A stretch of DNA of 32,874 nt from the IMG/VR virus record IMGVR_UViG_3300029142_000017, positions 1-32,874 of that record. The stretch is one strand, 5' to 3'. Both the position numbers and the translations under genes were made by a program. Positions 8,666-18,127 of the stretch are shown in pieces. The DNA is from a virus. Its lineage: Duplodnaviria; Caudoviricetes. Below the pieces are notes generated by a model. The model was not told where the DNA came from. It did not search any database and saw nothing but the letters and a program-made list of their open reading frames with translations. Position 1 is the stretch's first letter. Each line of letters begins with the position of its first letter.

Positions 8666-11600
8666 ATGTTTAAACGTGCTCTAGCCTTAGTATTCTTGCT
8701 CACGCTGTCTACTACAGCATTTGCACAGATCCCCATCCGGCAGACCCAAGCTGAAATTACAGCAGGTAGTTTGCAGTTAGCGGCCAATACTTATCGGATC
8801 GTAATCAATACCGATACGGATGAGTTGTACATCGCTAAAGGTACTGGTACGGGCTCAACTTATATCCTTACTAGCGGTAGTGGTTCAACTATTCAAGTGC
8901 TGAACGATGCTGCTTTGCGTACTGAAACCACAACCTTAGGCCAAACGGTTTGGGTTGAAGGTAATACCGCAGCAGCAGATGGTGGCGAAGGTTTCTTTGT
9001 TGATATCGGTCTAGTATCTAGTTTTCCTGGGGTGGTAGATGATGGCGGCTACCACATCTTCAGTACGGGTAATACTCGATTGATGCGACGTGCTGGTACG
9101 GTCAAACCAGAACATTATGCAGCTGTAGCATACGACACACGTGCGGCTGCACACGCGGGGGCGAGCGACAGTATTGCCCATCTCGATGCAATGGAAGCAG
9201 CACGACAAGACTGGGATGCACAACTAGAATTCGGCAATAAGTACTATTACGCCGCATCAACGTGGGAAATCCAAAACTGGGGTTGTGATCTAAAGAATGT
9301 TCGTCTCGTGTTTCCCGGTACTGGTCAAATCACTGGTATCCGATTGGTAGATGCTGACGCCGGTAAGGAACTGTCGGTCAAACCAAAATATCGCAACATC
9401 ACACTGCTTAAAGGATCTGTTGCAACGTCTAGCGATTGGCAAACGTACGGCTATGCCGACACAATGGTTGATGCTGAATCGCCGGCAGCTGTTCAAACAT
9501 GGGCAGAAACGGATATCGGTTTCGAAGTGCTCGCACAGTCGTCAACGTTGCTAGAACGAATCGAATGTCAAAACTTTGCTATCGGTCTCTGCCAAAACAC
9601 AGAAGATTCGATCACGGGTACGCCATACAACGTTTGGAACAAAACCAAAGGACTGATGACGAATGGTTGTCGTATTGCGGAACTAGTCCGATGCGAAGGT
9701 ATCGATACGGGCAACAACGGTGGTTGGATCAACGAGTATCATACAGAACACGCACGAACCAACATCGGAATAGCTAACGAGTCATCGTATGGTTTTGTAA
9801 TGCTATCAGATCCTGCGAAAGTCACAGCAGGTACCGCATACGTTCCGAGCGGAATCAGTGTTACAACAGGTTCACATGAAGGGTCACATGGAGCAGGGCA
9901 AGAAACAGTTCCCCTCTGTGTTCTCAATGCTCGCTCACTAAAGTATTACGGCCGCAACGATGGTCCTAATCTGACGTTCCGAGTTGCCGATCAAGATCCA
10001 ACGTTGATTCAAGGTAACTACGATATTGAAATCGAATTGACATCAATGTGGGAAAGTACCCAATTCGATGTTGATGGTGCTGCAGTAAATATCACTGGAC
10101 CGGGTGTTATCCAACAACGTTCAACGATCGTTGACGCTAGTGAGTTGAATTCGATCATTCACACTTACACCGAAAACGAAGTCACAGCTCAAAGCCGTCA
10201 AATCGCATTTGAGGACATCAACGAAACGACTGCTCCACTAGTTGGATCATGGCGATTGCTCACCAACATGAATGGTGACGGAACTATCGACAACATGACC
10301 AATATCCGGATTGGATCGTTGCTTCCTGGCGATACTCTTCGCGGTGGAATCGGGTCTCACATTAGTCTTGGGAACACGCTTCTAGGTGGTTCGGTCATCG
10401 TTAATGTGCATACGGGTAATGGTGAAGCCCAATTAGGTGCAATCTGTTACGACAACACCGGAACGGTTATCAGTGCTCTACCAGCGGAAGGTTGGCTCGT
10501 ACGTGATGTACCGACCGGTCAAGGTACTTTCATGGGGAACTGGACGTTCGCATCAAGCAAAAGCTTGTCGGTCAAATCGATTGAAGATCGAGCGAAACGA
10601 ATGATGTTCCATCCTGATGTTGAATCAGTATTCCTGTTCGTCTACGGCGATGAATTGGCTGGATTCACAATCGAGTCACAAAACTTACCCGGATCAAGAG
10701 TAATTCCAGTTAAGGAAACCGACCTACGTCAGTCGAGCGTAGAACCTGTTCTTGGTGTGTTTGAAGGTCCGATCCGAACGTTCGACTCGACGAATGCAAC
10801 AACCGGATGGCGATACAACCAGGCCGGTCAGAATTACGCTTTAGATGGTACTTGGATGACAAGTACGACTGTTAGACGTGGTGGTCGATATGCAACCGCA
10901 TCGGACGAGCTATGGGTTCCTGTCGGTGGTAGTTTTGGTATTGGCCAAGGATCAGATACGGTAACTTGTGGAACAAACACTCCCGATGGGCAAGCTTCAC
11001 CATTTACCGATGACGCCGGTGTTATTTGGCGGCAACTTACCGGACACAGCTTCACAGGCAATGTAGCTACGTTCGAGACCATCGGCAGCTCAGCTTCCTC
11101 CAGGAAAGGCGAAGCCGATGATTTGGGTGCATTACTAGGTACCAATGTGATCAACTGGGATGCGGGTTCATACGACAACAAAAACGTTGACGTGACTGGT
11201 GCAGTTGATTTATCAGGTACGCCTACGCGAGAAGGCATCTACGGTCTAACGATCAACATGGATGGTGTTGGTGGTCACACAACTACATTGTCGCTAACGA
11301 ATCCCGTTGGTACTGTTCCGACTATCGACACTACGGCTAACGCGGTAACCAATATCACGTTCTTTTGGGATGGTACAAACAGCGTAGTTCTCAATCAAGG
11401 TAGCGGGTCTGTCGTTGTTGGTGCGTCGGCGATCGCAGATGGTGCGGCGGGGATTGTTCCGCAACCGCTTGAAGATCAAGAAGATTGGGTCTTAGAAGGT
11501 GATGGAACATTCCAGCCAAGTCAAACTCGTAATCTAAACGCTACGCTATCGAGCTTCCTTCAATGGGACAATGAGGATTACGATCGTATTTCGGTGGTGG

Positions 11601-13366
11601 TCGATGCTGCTGGAACGCTTCCCGATCCAACGAATTTAACAACACCCTCGATACTCAATATCGGTTTCGTGAACATATCGGGAGCTGACCGAATCGTAAC
11701 ACTTCCCTCTGGTCATACACACCACGACGCAAGTGAAAACGATATCACCACAATCACGGTGCCAAATAATACGACCGTGTTCTACGACGTAAGAGTCAAT
11801 GTAGCCCCTAATGATTGGCGGTGGGTACGAACTGCTGAGCAACAAGTAACTGCCCAATTCACCACAGGTACCGATACAGTTGCAGCGAATGAATTCTGGA
11901 TTGTTAACGGTGCTCACACTGTGAACTTCCCCGCCGGTGCTTCCGACGGTGATTATTTCGACATAGGCGTGAATGGCACATGGCAAACAATCGGGGCTAC
12001 GCTGGCGACTACTGATACCGCGACAATTAACGACGTAGACAATGACAACACTGGCGATACCATTCAGTCAACACAGGATGTAATTCGCTTCACGTACTCT
12101 TCTGCAACAGATAACTGGATTGCATCTTACAGTGATGTGTCAGCGTCTGGATTGCTATCAGCAGATCCGGGTAACACTGCTATTATCAGTGCGAATGATA
12201 GCAACATTTATTCACAACCGTTATCACAAGACGTCGGATGTTATCTTGTACCTGGCGAAGGTACAGTGTTTGCGACAGGTTCAAACACACCTACGGGAAC
12301 AGTTGGTAACGGACTTACTGATTGGGCAGAATACACTCCAACCACTTCGAACGTAGTCACAAGTATTTCGATCGGGTATGACAACGCGTCAGGGGCGGGA
12401 ATCAACACTGCTATTGAAATTTGGCAGCAAACACCAGCAACACTGATTGCAACCTCCACTAATACTTTTCTGTTTCCAAACGGTGGCGGAACAGTAGGTA
12501 CTCTAACATTCAACAATGTCGAGCTAACTGCAGGCACCACCTATGAATTCAGAGTCCCCATCATTAACCAGAACGCCAGTTTTCGCCAGGAAACTAACGC
12601 AGGTGATGTAGAACCTGAACTTGACTGGACACCAATCGGTGGTGGTCAAGATCCAAGCTTGATTATCAACGGTCTTGTACCAGGACGTGCAGTAGTCACG
12701 ACGTATACGGATGGTGCAACACAACGGTATGTAGCAGTTGACGAAGATGATCATACATCAATCGTTGCTGGTACTATGCCACTTCCAGCGACTTGGATTG
12801 CTTGTGCTCCAACAACTGTCAGTTCCACCGTGGATTCGGATGTTGTTGGTCGACTCAGTGCAAGAGAGACTGCATCAGGTGAAACACGAGAGGTAGAGTT
12901 TAACGCAGTTCGAAACATCGAGGCTGTGGTTGATCCAGTAAACGGAATCACGGTTGCTTGGTACGTCGGTCAGTTCTATACGAACACAGCAACGGGTCAG
13001 ATATTTCGAGCATCAACGGAATCTGCAGATCCAGATACAGCGGGTACTGGTTCGGTTTGGGAAGCGATCGGGGCTGAGACGAGAAGCGAATTAGGAACCA
13101 CATACACAACCGTTACTACTGACACGAACGACGTCATCTATATGACTAATGCAGCGGCAATCACAGTTACGGTCGATAACTCAATACCGGTTGGTCATAG
13201 TGTTACTTTCATCCAAGGTGGTGCAGGTACCGTAACGTTTGCTCCAGGCGGTGGTGTAACGGTTAACTCTCTTGGCGGTGCTCTCAACATTGCTGGTCAA
13301 TGGGGTTCAGCAACGCTTCACAAGCAAGCCGCCAATACGTATACACTAATAGGAGCTATTCAATGA
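8666..13366 (+). CDS. Large multidomain tailspike/fibre-like protein with a signal peptide (1566 aa)
   Basis: MFKRALALVFLLTLSTTAFA|Q. Tailspike N-domain-like VWVEG..AADGGEGFF, VKPEHY beta-helix entry, fibre motif GIVPQP..VLEGDGTF, and repeated small beta-sandwiches. Confidence 0.75.
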   Translation: MFKRALALVFLLTLSTTAFAQIPIRQTQAEITAGSLQLAANTYRIVINTDTDELYIAKGTGTGSTYILTSGSGSTIQVLNDAALRTETTTLGQTVWVEGNTAAADGGEGFFVDIGLVSSFPGVVDDGGYHIFSTGNTRLMRRAGTVKPEHYAAVAYDTRAAAHAGASDSIAHLDAMEAARQDWDAQLEFGNKYYYAASTWEIQNWGCDLKNVRLVFPGTGQITGIRLVDADAGKELSVKPKYRNITLLKGSVATSSDWQTYGYADTMVDAESPAAVQTWAETDIGFEVLAQSSTLLERIECQNFAIGLCQNTEDSITGTPYNVWNKTKGLMTNGCRIAELVRCEGIDTGNNGGWINEYHTEHARTNIGIANESSYGFVMLSDPAKVTAGTAYVPSGISVTTGSHEGSHGAGQETVPLCVLNARSLKYYGRNDGPNLTFRVADQDPTLIQGNYDIEIELTSMWESTQFDVDGAAVNITGPGVIQQRSTIVDASELNSIIHTYTENEVTAQSRQIAFEDINETTAPLVGSWRLLTNMNGDGTIDNMTNIRIGSLLPGDTLRGGIGSHISLGNTLLGGSVIVNVHTGNGEAQLGAICYDNTGTVISALPAEGWLVRDVPTGQGTFMGNWTFASSKSLSVKSIEDRAKRMMFHPDVESVFLFVYGDELAGFTIESQNLPGSRVIPVKETDLRQSSVEPVLGVFEGPIRTFDSTNATTGWRYNQAGQNYALDGTWMTSTTVRRGGRYATASDELWVPVGGSFGIGQGSDTVTCGTNTPDGQASPFTDDAGVIWRQLTGHSFTGNVATFETIGSSASSRKGEADDLGALLGTNVINWDAGSYDNKNVDVTGAVDLSGTPTREGIYGLTINMDGVGGHTTTLSLTNPVGTVPTIDTTANAVTNITFFWDGTNSVVLNQGSGSVVVGASAIADGAAGIVPQPLEDQEDWVLEGDGTFQPSQTRNLNATLSSFLQWDNEDYDRISVVVDAAGTLPDPTNLTTPSILNIGFVNISGADRIVTLPSGHTHHDASENDITTITVPNNTTVFYDVRVNVAPNDWRWVRTAEQQVTAQFTTGTDTVAANEFWIVNGAHTVNFPAGASDGDYFDIGVNGTWQTIGATLATTDTATINDVDNDNTGDTIQSTQDVIRFTYSSATDNWIASYSDVSASGLLSADPGNTAIISANDSNIYSQPLSQDVGCYLVPGEGTVFATGSNTPTGTVGNGLTDWAEYTPTTSNVVTSISIGYDNASGAGINTAIEIWQQTPATLIATSTNTFLFPNGGGTVGTLTFNNVELTAGTTYEFRVPIINQNASFRQETNAGDVEPELDWTPIGGGQDPSLIINGLVPGRAVVTTYTDGATQRYVAVDEDDHTSIVAGTMPLPATWIACAPTTVSSTVDSDVVGRLSARETASGETREVEFNAVRNIEAVVDPVNGITVAWYVGQFYTNTATGQIFRASTESADPDTAGTGSVWEAIGAETRSELGTTYTTVTTDTNDVIYMTNAAAITVTVDNSIPVGHSVTFIQGGAGTVTFAPGGGVTVNSLGGALNIAGQWGSATLHKQAANTYTLIGAIQ

Positions 13367-13956
13367 TTAGGTTGTGCGTAATCGCATACTGCTTGATGTA
13401 CTCGACGTTAGCAGCACAATCGCTGTCGTTGCCTCAGCATATCATGAAATATGGGTCACCACCGGATTCATACAAGACGCATCAAGCGTTGGTATTCAAT
13501 GGTTCAAATCTCGAAGTGGATACAGATCAGTTAGTCGGTCCAGAGTTTCGAGCAGCTGAGTACATAGCTTACGATTGGCGAGTGAATGGTAACTCAATAG
13601 CCTTGCTACATGTGCCTATGCAGGGAGGCGGAGAGGACATTTCTAGTTGGAATCGTACCCTCACTGTAACTGGTAGTCCAGTCCACTCAACAATTGGTGG
13701 ATGGGCACCATTGCGAATGTATGAGTTTGACGGAGACGATTATTTTGACTACGGAACTTGGAATTGGCAGAGTGGTGCCGGTCAAGCTGATGAGATCACT
13801 ATCGTTGCTTACTGCTCTGTCACCGCAGCTGCGTCTACTGGATCAGTCATAGTAGGTCAATCAGCTTTTGCCACGCATGCTACTCCGTTCTACCAATGGT
13901 TATTGTATTGGCCCAATGAGACTAATGACCAAATACGCATGGGGGTGGATGATTAA
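13363..13956 (+). CDS. Secreted protein with an apparently truncated LamG/concanavalin-like domain
   Basis: ATGA overlap with the upstream stop and AGGAG RBS. MIRLCVIAYCLMYSTLAA|Q. YEFDGDDYF..EITIVAY..IVGQ resembles the start of a LamG domain, but the ORF stops early. Confidence 0.6.
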   Translation: MIRLCVIAYCLMYSTLAAQSLSLPQHIMKYGSPPDSYKTHQALVFNGSNLEVDTDQLVGPEFRAAEYIAYDWRVNGNSIALLHVPMQGGGEDISSWNRTLTVTGSPVHSTIGGWAPLRMYEFDGDDYFDYGTWNWQSGAGQADEITIVAYCSVTAAASTGSVIVGQSAFATHATPFYQWLLYWPNETNDQIRMGVDD

Positions 13957-14215
13957 TCGAGTCTTACGATCTCCACCTGGGAACACCGTTAGTTTCACAA
14001 CGGTAATAGATGAGGTAGCGGACAACGCTGGTGTTGGGCCTCGCAATTACCTTGCTGGAAGCAATCAGAGGACAGACATCGATCTGTCTGCACTTCCTAA
14101 TCGGGTAGTTCCTGCTGGTGAGATAATCAACTTAGCCGTCTCTGCACCAACCGCGAATACAACAAATTATTTTGTGCAGATCGGTGCAGGTTATTTAATG
14201 GCGAGGGTTGCATAA
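13949..14215 (+). CDS. Small beta-rich hypothetical protein (possibly a C-terminal fragment)
   Basis: ATG 13949 overlaps the upstream stop, and its TAA overlaps the next ATG. Confidence 0.5.
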   Translation: MINRVLRSPPGNTVSFTTVIDEVADNAGVGPRNYLAGSNQRTDIDLSALPNRVVPAGEIINLAVSAPTANTTNYFVQIGAGYLMARVA

Positions 14216-14757
14216 TGGGTCTACGCGAAGTCATAGAAGCATCTGGCCAAGACTGGGAAGGGTTTTGCGAAACCAACTTGCCTACCATTTTGAATGCAAT
14301 CCTTGAAGGTGATCTGTCTGAACTAGTCGATATTAGCGACGGTATTGACCAAGGTGACATTGATGATAATCCTCCTGCTGCTGGAATCCCATTCCTAACC
14401 CAGTTCGCAGACGACATGAACAACTTAAAACCAGTGACTTGGAATAGTAATCAAAACAATCTTGATGATCCAGAATTCGATACGATCCCCGGTTGGGACG
14501 TCAATCTCAGTGGTAATCGAGAATTACGTGGGGTTGTTGCTCCCTCATCACCAGTCGCAAGAATCATTTGCATCACAGATAACAACAATCGATTGCGAAT
14601 TCGACATGAACACAACGGTGCTAACGAGGCCAATCGATTCATCACGCCAAGTCAAGCCAATTACGATTTACGACGTCAAGAAACTGCACTGATCTGGTAT
14701 GACGGTAGTGCGAGTCGCTGGAGAATATTCGGCAGAAGAGATTTGGTCGGAGATTGA
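14215..14757 (+). CDS. Hypothetical structural protein with a fibre-type C-terminal module
   Basis: TAATG coupling. C-terminal RIICI..ANRF..ALIWYDGSASRW resembles the C-termini of the 3426 and 6212 proteins. Confidence 0.6.
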   Translation: MGLREVIEASGQDWEGFCETNLPTILNAILEGDLSELVDISDGIDQGDIDDNPPAAGIPFLTQFADDMNNLKPVTWNSNQNNLDDPEFDTIPGWDVNLSGNRELRGVVAPSSPVARIICITDNNNRLRIRHEHNGANEANRFITPSQANYDLRRQETALIWYDGSASRWRIFGRRDLVGD

Positions 14758-14803
14758 TTTAGAGTTTAAGAAAATCGGTTGATCCAAACACGTGGGCTTA
14801 AAA

Positions 14804-15070
14804 ATGTTAATCCTTGATGATCGAACGAACAAGCAAATGAATGACAGCAATTGGACTTGGGTACTAGGGGGTGTAGGCACAATCATTGCCACACTAGCAG
14901 CAGCGGTTGCTTCCCTATTCAAACTCAACGAATCAAAAAACACAAAACTAATACACAAGCAAGACCAAACCATCAAGGATCTAACAAAACGAGCAGAACA
15001 ATGCGAGTCTGATAGGACACAATTAAACGCTAGAGTCGCGGTCCTCGAAGATAGGGCAAATGAGGACTAA
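14804..15070 (+). CDS. Single-TM plus coiled-coil protein, holin-like (start 14804 or 14837)
   Basis: TM segment WTWVLGGVGTIIATLAAAVASLF followed by a heptad-rich tail. Confidence 0.55.
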   Translation: MLILDDRTNKQMNDSNWTWVLGGVGTIIATLAAAVASLFKLNESKNTKLIHKQDQTIKDLTKRAEQCESDRTQLNARVAVLEDRANED

Positions 15071-15097
15071 TAACCACTTTTCCACAAGGAGCTTACT

Positions 15098-15790
15098 ATG
15101 TTCAAACGAGCACTACTGCCACTTCTATTCACGCTATTACTGGTCGGCATTATCAATGCTGAAGGTGTTGTACGATTGAAATGGGTAGATACCCCGAAAC
15201 ATCAAGGGAACGATGTAATCGGTTGGATCGAAATTAAAGTACCCAGCAACAACACGGGTACGAATTTCATTCCCGGTCGAATGCGATTGAAGCGGGACGC
15301 TATCGTTGCTTATCACATCAGTTTCAACGAGCACCAGATTCGAAGTAAAGATAAAGATCGTTCATTTCTGACTGTCATTTCGGAGGAAGAGTATCCGCTT
15401 ATTCTTGACCGTGGAAAACTGTATTTGAATAGTGCGGACAAAACAGGAATCAAATTTCACCACCTATTCGAACAGCAGATTCCAAGAGCAAACCGATTCA
15501 TCGACGTAAACAAGTTTGGATTCATTGACAGTGGTGCTCGCCAACGAATTGAATACCAAGTCACAACAGGTTTTATCGACGCTGGTACAAGCTACGACCA
15601 CTTTCGAGCAGTATCGGCTAACCCTATGCCTCGCGGTATTGCGAACCCCGCAGTGCTGATCGGCACCGATGCCCGTTATATGGGTCAGTATGTGCCACCT
15701 ACCCCAGAACCCGAACCAGATCCAAGCGATGTGAAACTACAGAACTTACTTGATGATTTACAAGCATTGATTGACGCTTACTCTGAATAG
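15098..15790 (+). CDS. Secreted hypothetical protein
   Basis: AAGGAGCTT RBS. MFKRALLPLLFTLLLVGIINA|E. Pro-rich linker and a terminal amphipathic helix. Confidence 0.7.
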   Translation: MFKRALLPLLFTLLLVGIINAEGVVRLKWVDTPKHQGNDVIGWIEIKVPSNNTGTNFIPGRMRLKRDAIVAYHISFNEHQIRSKDKDRSFLTVISEEEYPLILDRGKLYLNSADKTGIKFHHLFEQQIPRANRFIDVNKFGFIDSGARQRIEYQVTTGFIDAGTSYDHFRAVSANPMPRGIANPAVLIGTDARYMGQYVPPTPEPEPDPSDVKLQNLLDDLQALIDAYSE

Positions 15791-15862
15791 TAAACAAGCA
15801 AACAAAACCCTTGATTGACATCATGACGGAACGACTAACCAAACTAAATTAGGAACTAACAA

Positions 15863-16471
15863 ATGAAGTTAATCAATTCAGTATTGCTACTGCTCTTAGC
15901 AACAACAGCAAATGCTTCGATCATTCAATTCAACTCATCAGAATCAAGCCTGTCACCCAGCAATTCATTCGCACCACGAATCGAGGGACCACAAGTCAGT
16001 GGGTTTTTTGACGATGTGACTGGCGAGTTTGGAGTGATAGGTTCCGACGGTTCACAGCTAGTTGATTACCACTTTCCGTACATGTTTTTCAAAGGTTGCC
16101 TTGGTAGCACTTGTTACTACGATTCGGGATTCAAAAATTCAGTTAAGCCGACTGTGTTTTTGAGAACGTCAACCCTAGAAAACGAAAGCCCGTGGATGTC
16201 GTTTACGGTTTATGACCCACACAGATCAGAAGGTGAGCAACGTATTACGTTTCAAGCCATTAGTGAAAGGGAATTACCAAGAGAAGCCGATCCAATCAGA
16301 GTGACCAACTGGCAAGTGCTTTACTGGGGAAATTGGGGCGGACCAAGACCGGGTCAACAACCAGCCTCACTACAACCAGTACCAGAACCCGACAACAGCG
16401 GTCTATTGCTGTTACTAGTCCTACCCCTGTTGAGAGGTGTGATTCGCCAAGTGCGTGAGCACACAGTGTAG
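15863..16471 (+). CDS. PEP-CTERM surface protein
   Basis: Signal MKLINSVLLLLLATTANA|SII. C-terminal VPEP-DNSGLLLLLVLPLL-RGVIRQVR: PEP motif, hydrophobic helix and Arg cluster. Confidence 0.7.
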   Translation: MKLINSVLLLLLATTANASIIQFNSSESSLSPSNSFAPRIEGPQVSGFFDDVTGEFGVIGSDGSQLVDYHFPYMFFKGCLGSTCYYDSGFKNSVKPTVFLRTSTLENESPWMSFTVYDPHRSEGEQRITFQAISERELPREADPIRVTNWQVLYWGNWGGPRPGQQPASLQPVPEPDNSGLLLLLVLPLLRGVIRQVREHTV

Positions 16472-16505
16472 ACCGCTGTTTTCAACCAAACATTCGGAGC
16501 TTAAC

Positions 16506-17234
16506 ATGAAATTTAGACACGTACTAATAGCTGCGACTATGGGGCTTACTCCCTTACTAGTTACAGTTGCAGTATTTGGGTTGGAAGTCAACGACGTCAA
16601 TCCTAGGGATAAGGCTGTACACATTAGGTACAAGCCTAGTTCAGACAAGGGTGATTCATTCATCGACGTCAGTGGTATCAACAAGTCAGGATACCTCGAC
16701 TGCGAAATTATCGATCTTGAACCCGGTCATCTGATTGTGATCGGTCCTCCTGGTACATACCAAGTTAGTGGTATCGAAGAAGGAGAGCGAATTCGCAGGT
16801 TCATTCAGATCGTCGATAAAGGTCCTAAGCCCCCACCCGGACCAGACGATGACGATGATAAGGATGACAAACCTGACCCACCTAAACCTGATGATGACGA
16901 AGAACCCGATGAGTGGCCTGAAACAAAGTATAACGTCGGACCTCAAATTTCATGGGCATTCAAGAACGCTAAAAGCATCGACAAGGTTTGTAAGATTTTC
17001 GACAAAGCTGGTAAGGACTGTGAGCAAGTTTCGCAATCAGTAACCACAACAGCGTTAGAAGTGCGGAAGTCTTTAACTGATATAAAAGATGAAGAAGTTG
17101 ATAAGGGGTACAAGGTTTACAAAGAGCTGTTTACCCAGCGAAGAAACTCGAATCAAATCGTTAAGATCCAAGACTTTGAAGGAGCCTACAAAGAAGTAGC
17201 CACTTGGATACGTAAACGCAAGGAGGACAAGTAA
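16506..17234 (+). CDS. Exported or membrane-anchored protein with a Pro/Asp-rich linker
   Basis: Start moved to ATG 16506 (GGAGCTT RBS). N-terminal hydrophobic segment and a PKPPPGPDDDDDKDDKPDPPKPDDD linker. Confidence 0.7.
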   Translation: MKFRHVLIAATMGLTPLLVTVAVFGLEVNDVNPRDKAVHIRYKPSSDKGDSFIDVSGINKSGYLDCEIIDLEPGHLIVIGPPGTYQVSGIEEGERIRRFIQIVDKGPKPPPGPDDDDDKDDKPDPPKPDDDEEPDEWPETKYNVGPQISWAFKNAKSIDKVCKIFDKAGKDCEQVSQSVTTTALEVRKSLTDIKDEEVDKGYKVYKELFTQRRNSNQIVKIQDFEGAYKEVATWIRKRKEDK

Positions 17235-18116
17235 ATGGGTGTTAGAAAACTAAAAACCCTACTACCTACAGATTTCGATTTCGAACTAGAAGAGGTTAAG
17301 TTTCACTCACGAGATGATCATCATGGATACAGAATCGATCTCGAAGATCAAAGCCAACTTGAGGAATCGCAAACTAAGTTGGTACGGTTACATGAAAAGT
17401 CGGATAAGAAGATCCCGAAACTTGTCTTCCCCGAGTTTTCACCAATCGAAAACCAAGGCGGGCAGGGTGCTTGCCAAGGACACGCCAACAGTACCGGAGG
17501 AGAGCAATGCCGAGTAAGAGCGGGCGGTGAGCAAATACAGCTCTCGCGTGCATGCGGGTATTACGAAACTCAACGTATTGATGGTATACGAGGTGACAGA
17601 GGGTCAACCATATCAGGCGGTGTACGTTTGCTAGAAACGGCTGGTATCTGTACGGAAGAAGCTTGGCCTTACCCAAGCTACTACAACCCTCGTCGTCCAC
17701 CTGGTTTCTCCAATACTACCCGATACAAAATCGATGGTCACGTGATGTTGCGTGACTTCGACAAAATGATTGATTGGGTTGCGTTCAAAGGACCAATCGA
17801 AATAGGTATCACTTGGTCAGGTGACATTGATCAGCAAGTAGGTAGGGACGGTATAGTCAAAACTTACAGCGGTCGAGGCGGTGGCGGACATGCTGTATTG
17901 TTCAGCGGTTTGACCCATGAAGATTGGCGTGGCGACCCTCTCCCAGGAAACGAGCCAGGGTTAATACTTGATAACTCTTGGTCTAGACGTTGGGGCTTTA
18001 AGGGTCGATGCATAGTGTTGCGTCGGGCTATAGAGCAGATGTTGCGTGTACGATTTAACGTGTTTGCTGGCTTGTACGGAGCAGCAACACCCTCATTAGA
18101 ACCCCCGGTATTTTAA
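17235..18116 (+). CDS. Papain-like cysteine peptidase (family C1)
   Basis: Catalytic motifs in canonical order: NQGGQGAC (Gln, Cys), GGHAV (His) and LDNSW..WG..G (Asn). Confidence 0.9.
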   Translation: MGVRKLKTLLPTDFDFELEEVKFHSRDDHHGYRIDLEDQSQLEESQTKLVRLHEKSDKKIPKLVFPEFSPIENQGGQGACQGHANSTGGEQCRVRAGGEQIQLSRACGYYETQRIDGIRGDRGSTISGGVRLLETAGICTEEAWPYPSYYNPRRPPGFSNTTRYKIDGHVMLRDFDKMIDWVAFKGPIEIGITWSGDIDQQVGRDGIVKTYSGRGGGGHAVLFSGLTHEDWRGDPLPGNEPGLILDNSWSRRWGFKGRCIVLRRAIEQMLRVRFNVFAGLYGAATPSLEPPVF

Positions 18117-18127
18117 GGAGCTTAGAA

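Noticed and set aside
15815-15845. TTGACA as a -35 promoter box
   Set aside because: No acceptable -10 hexamer 16-18 nt downstream.
16820-16915. GATGAC/CCT-rich repeats as a possible array
   Set aside because: They encode the Pro/Asp linker. There is no repeat-spacer periodicity, and I saw no CRISPR array in the window.
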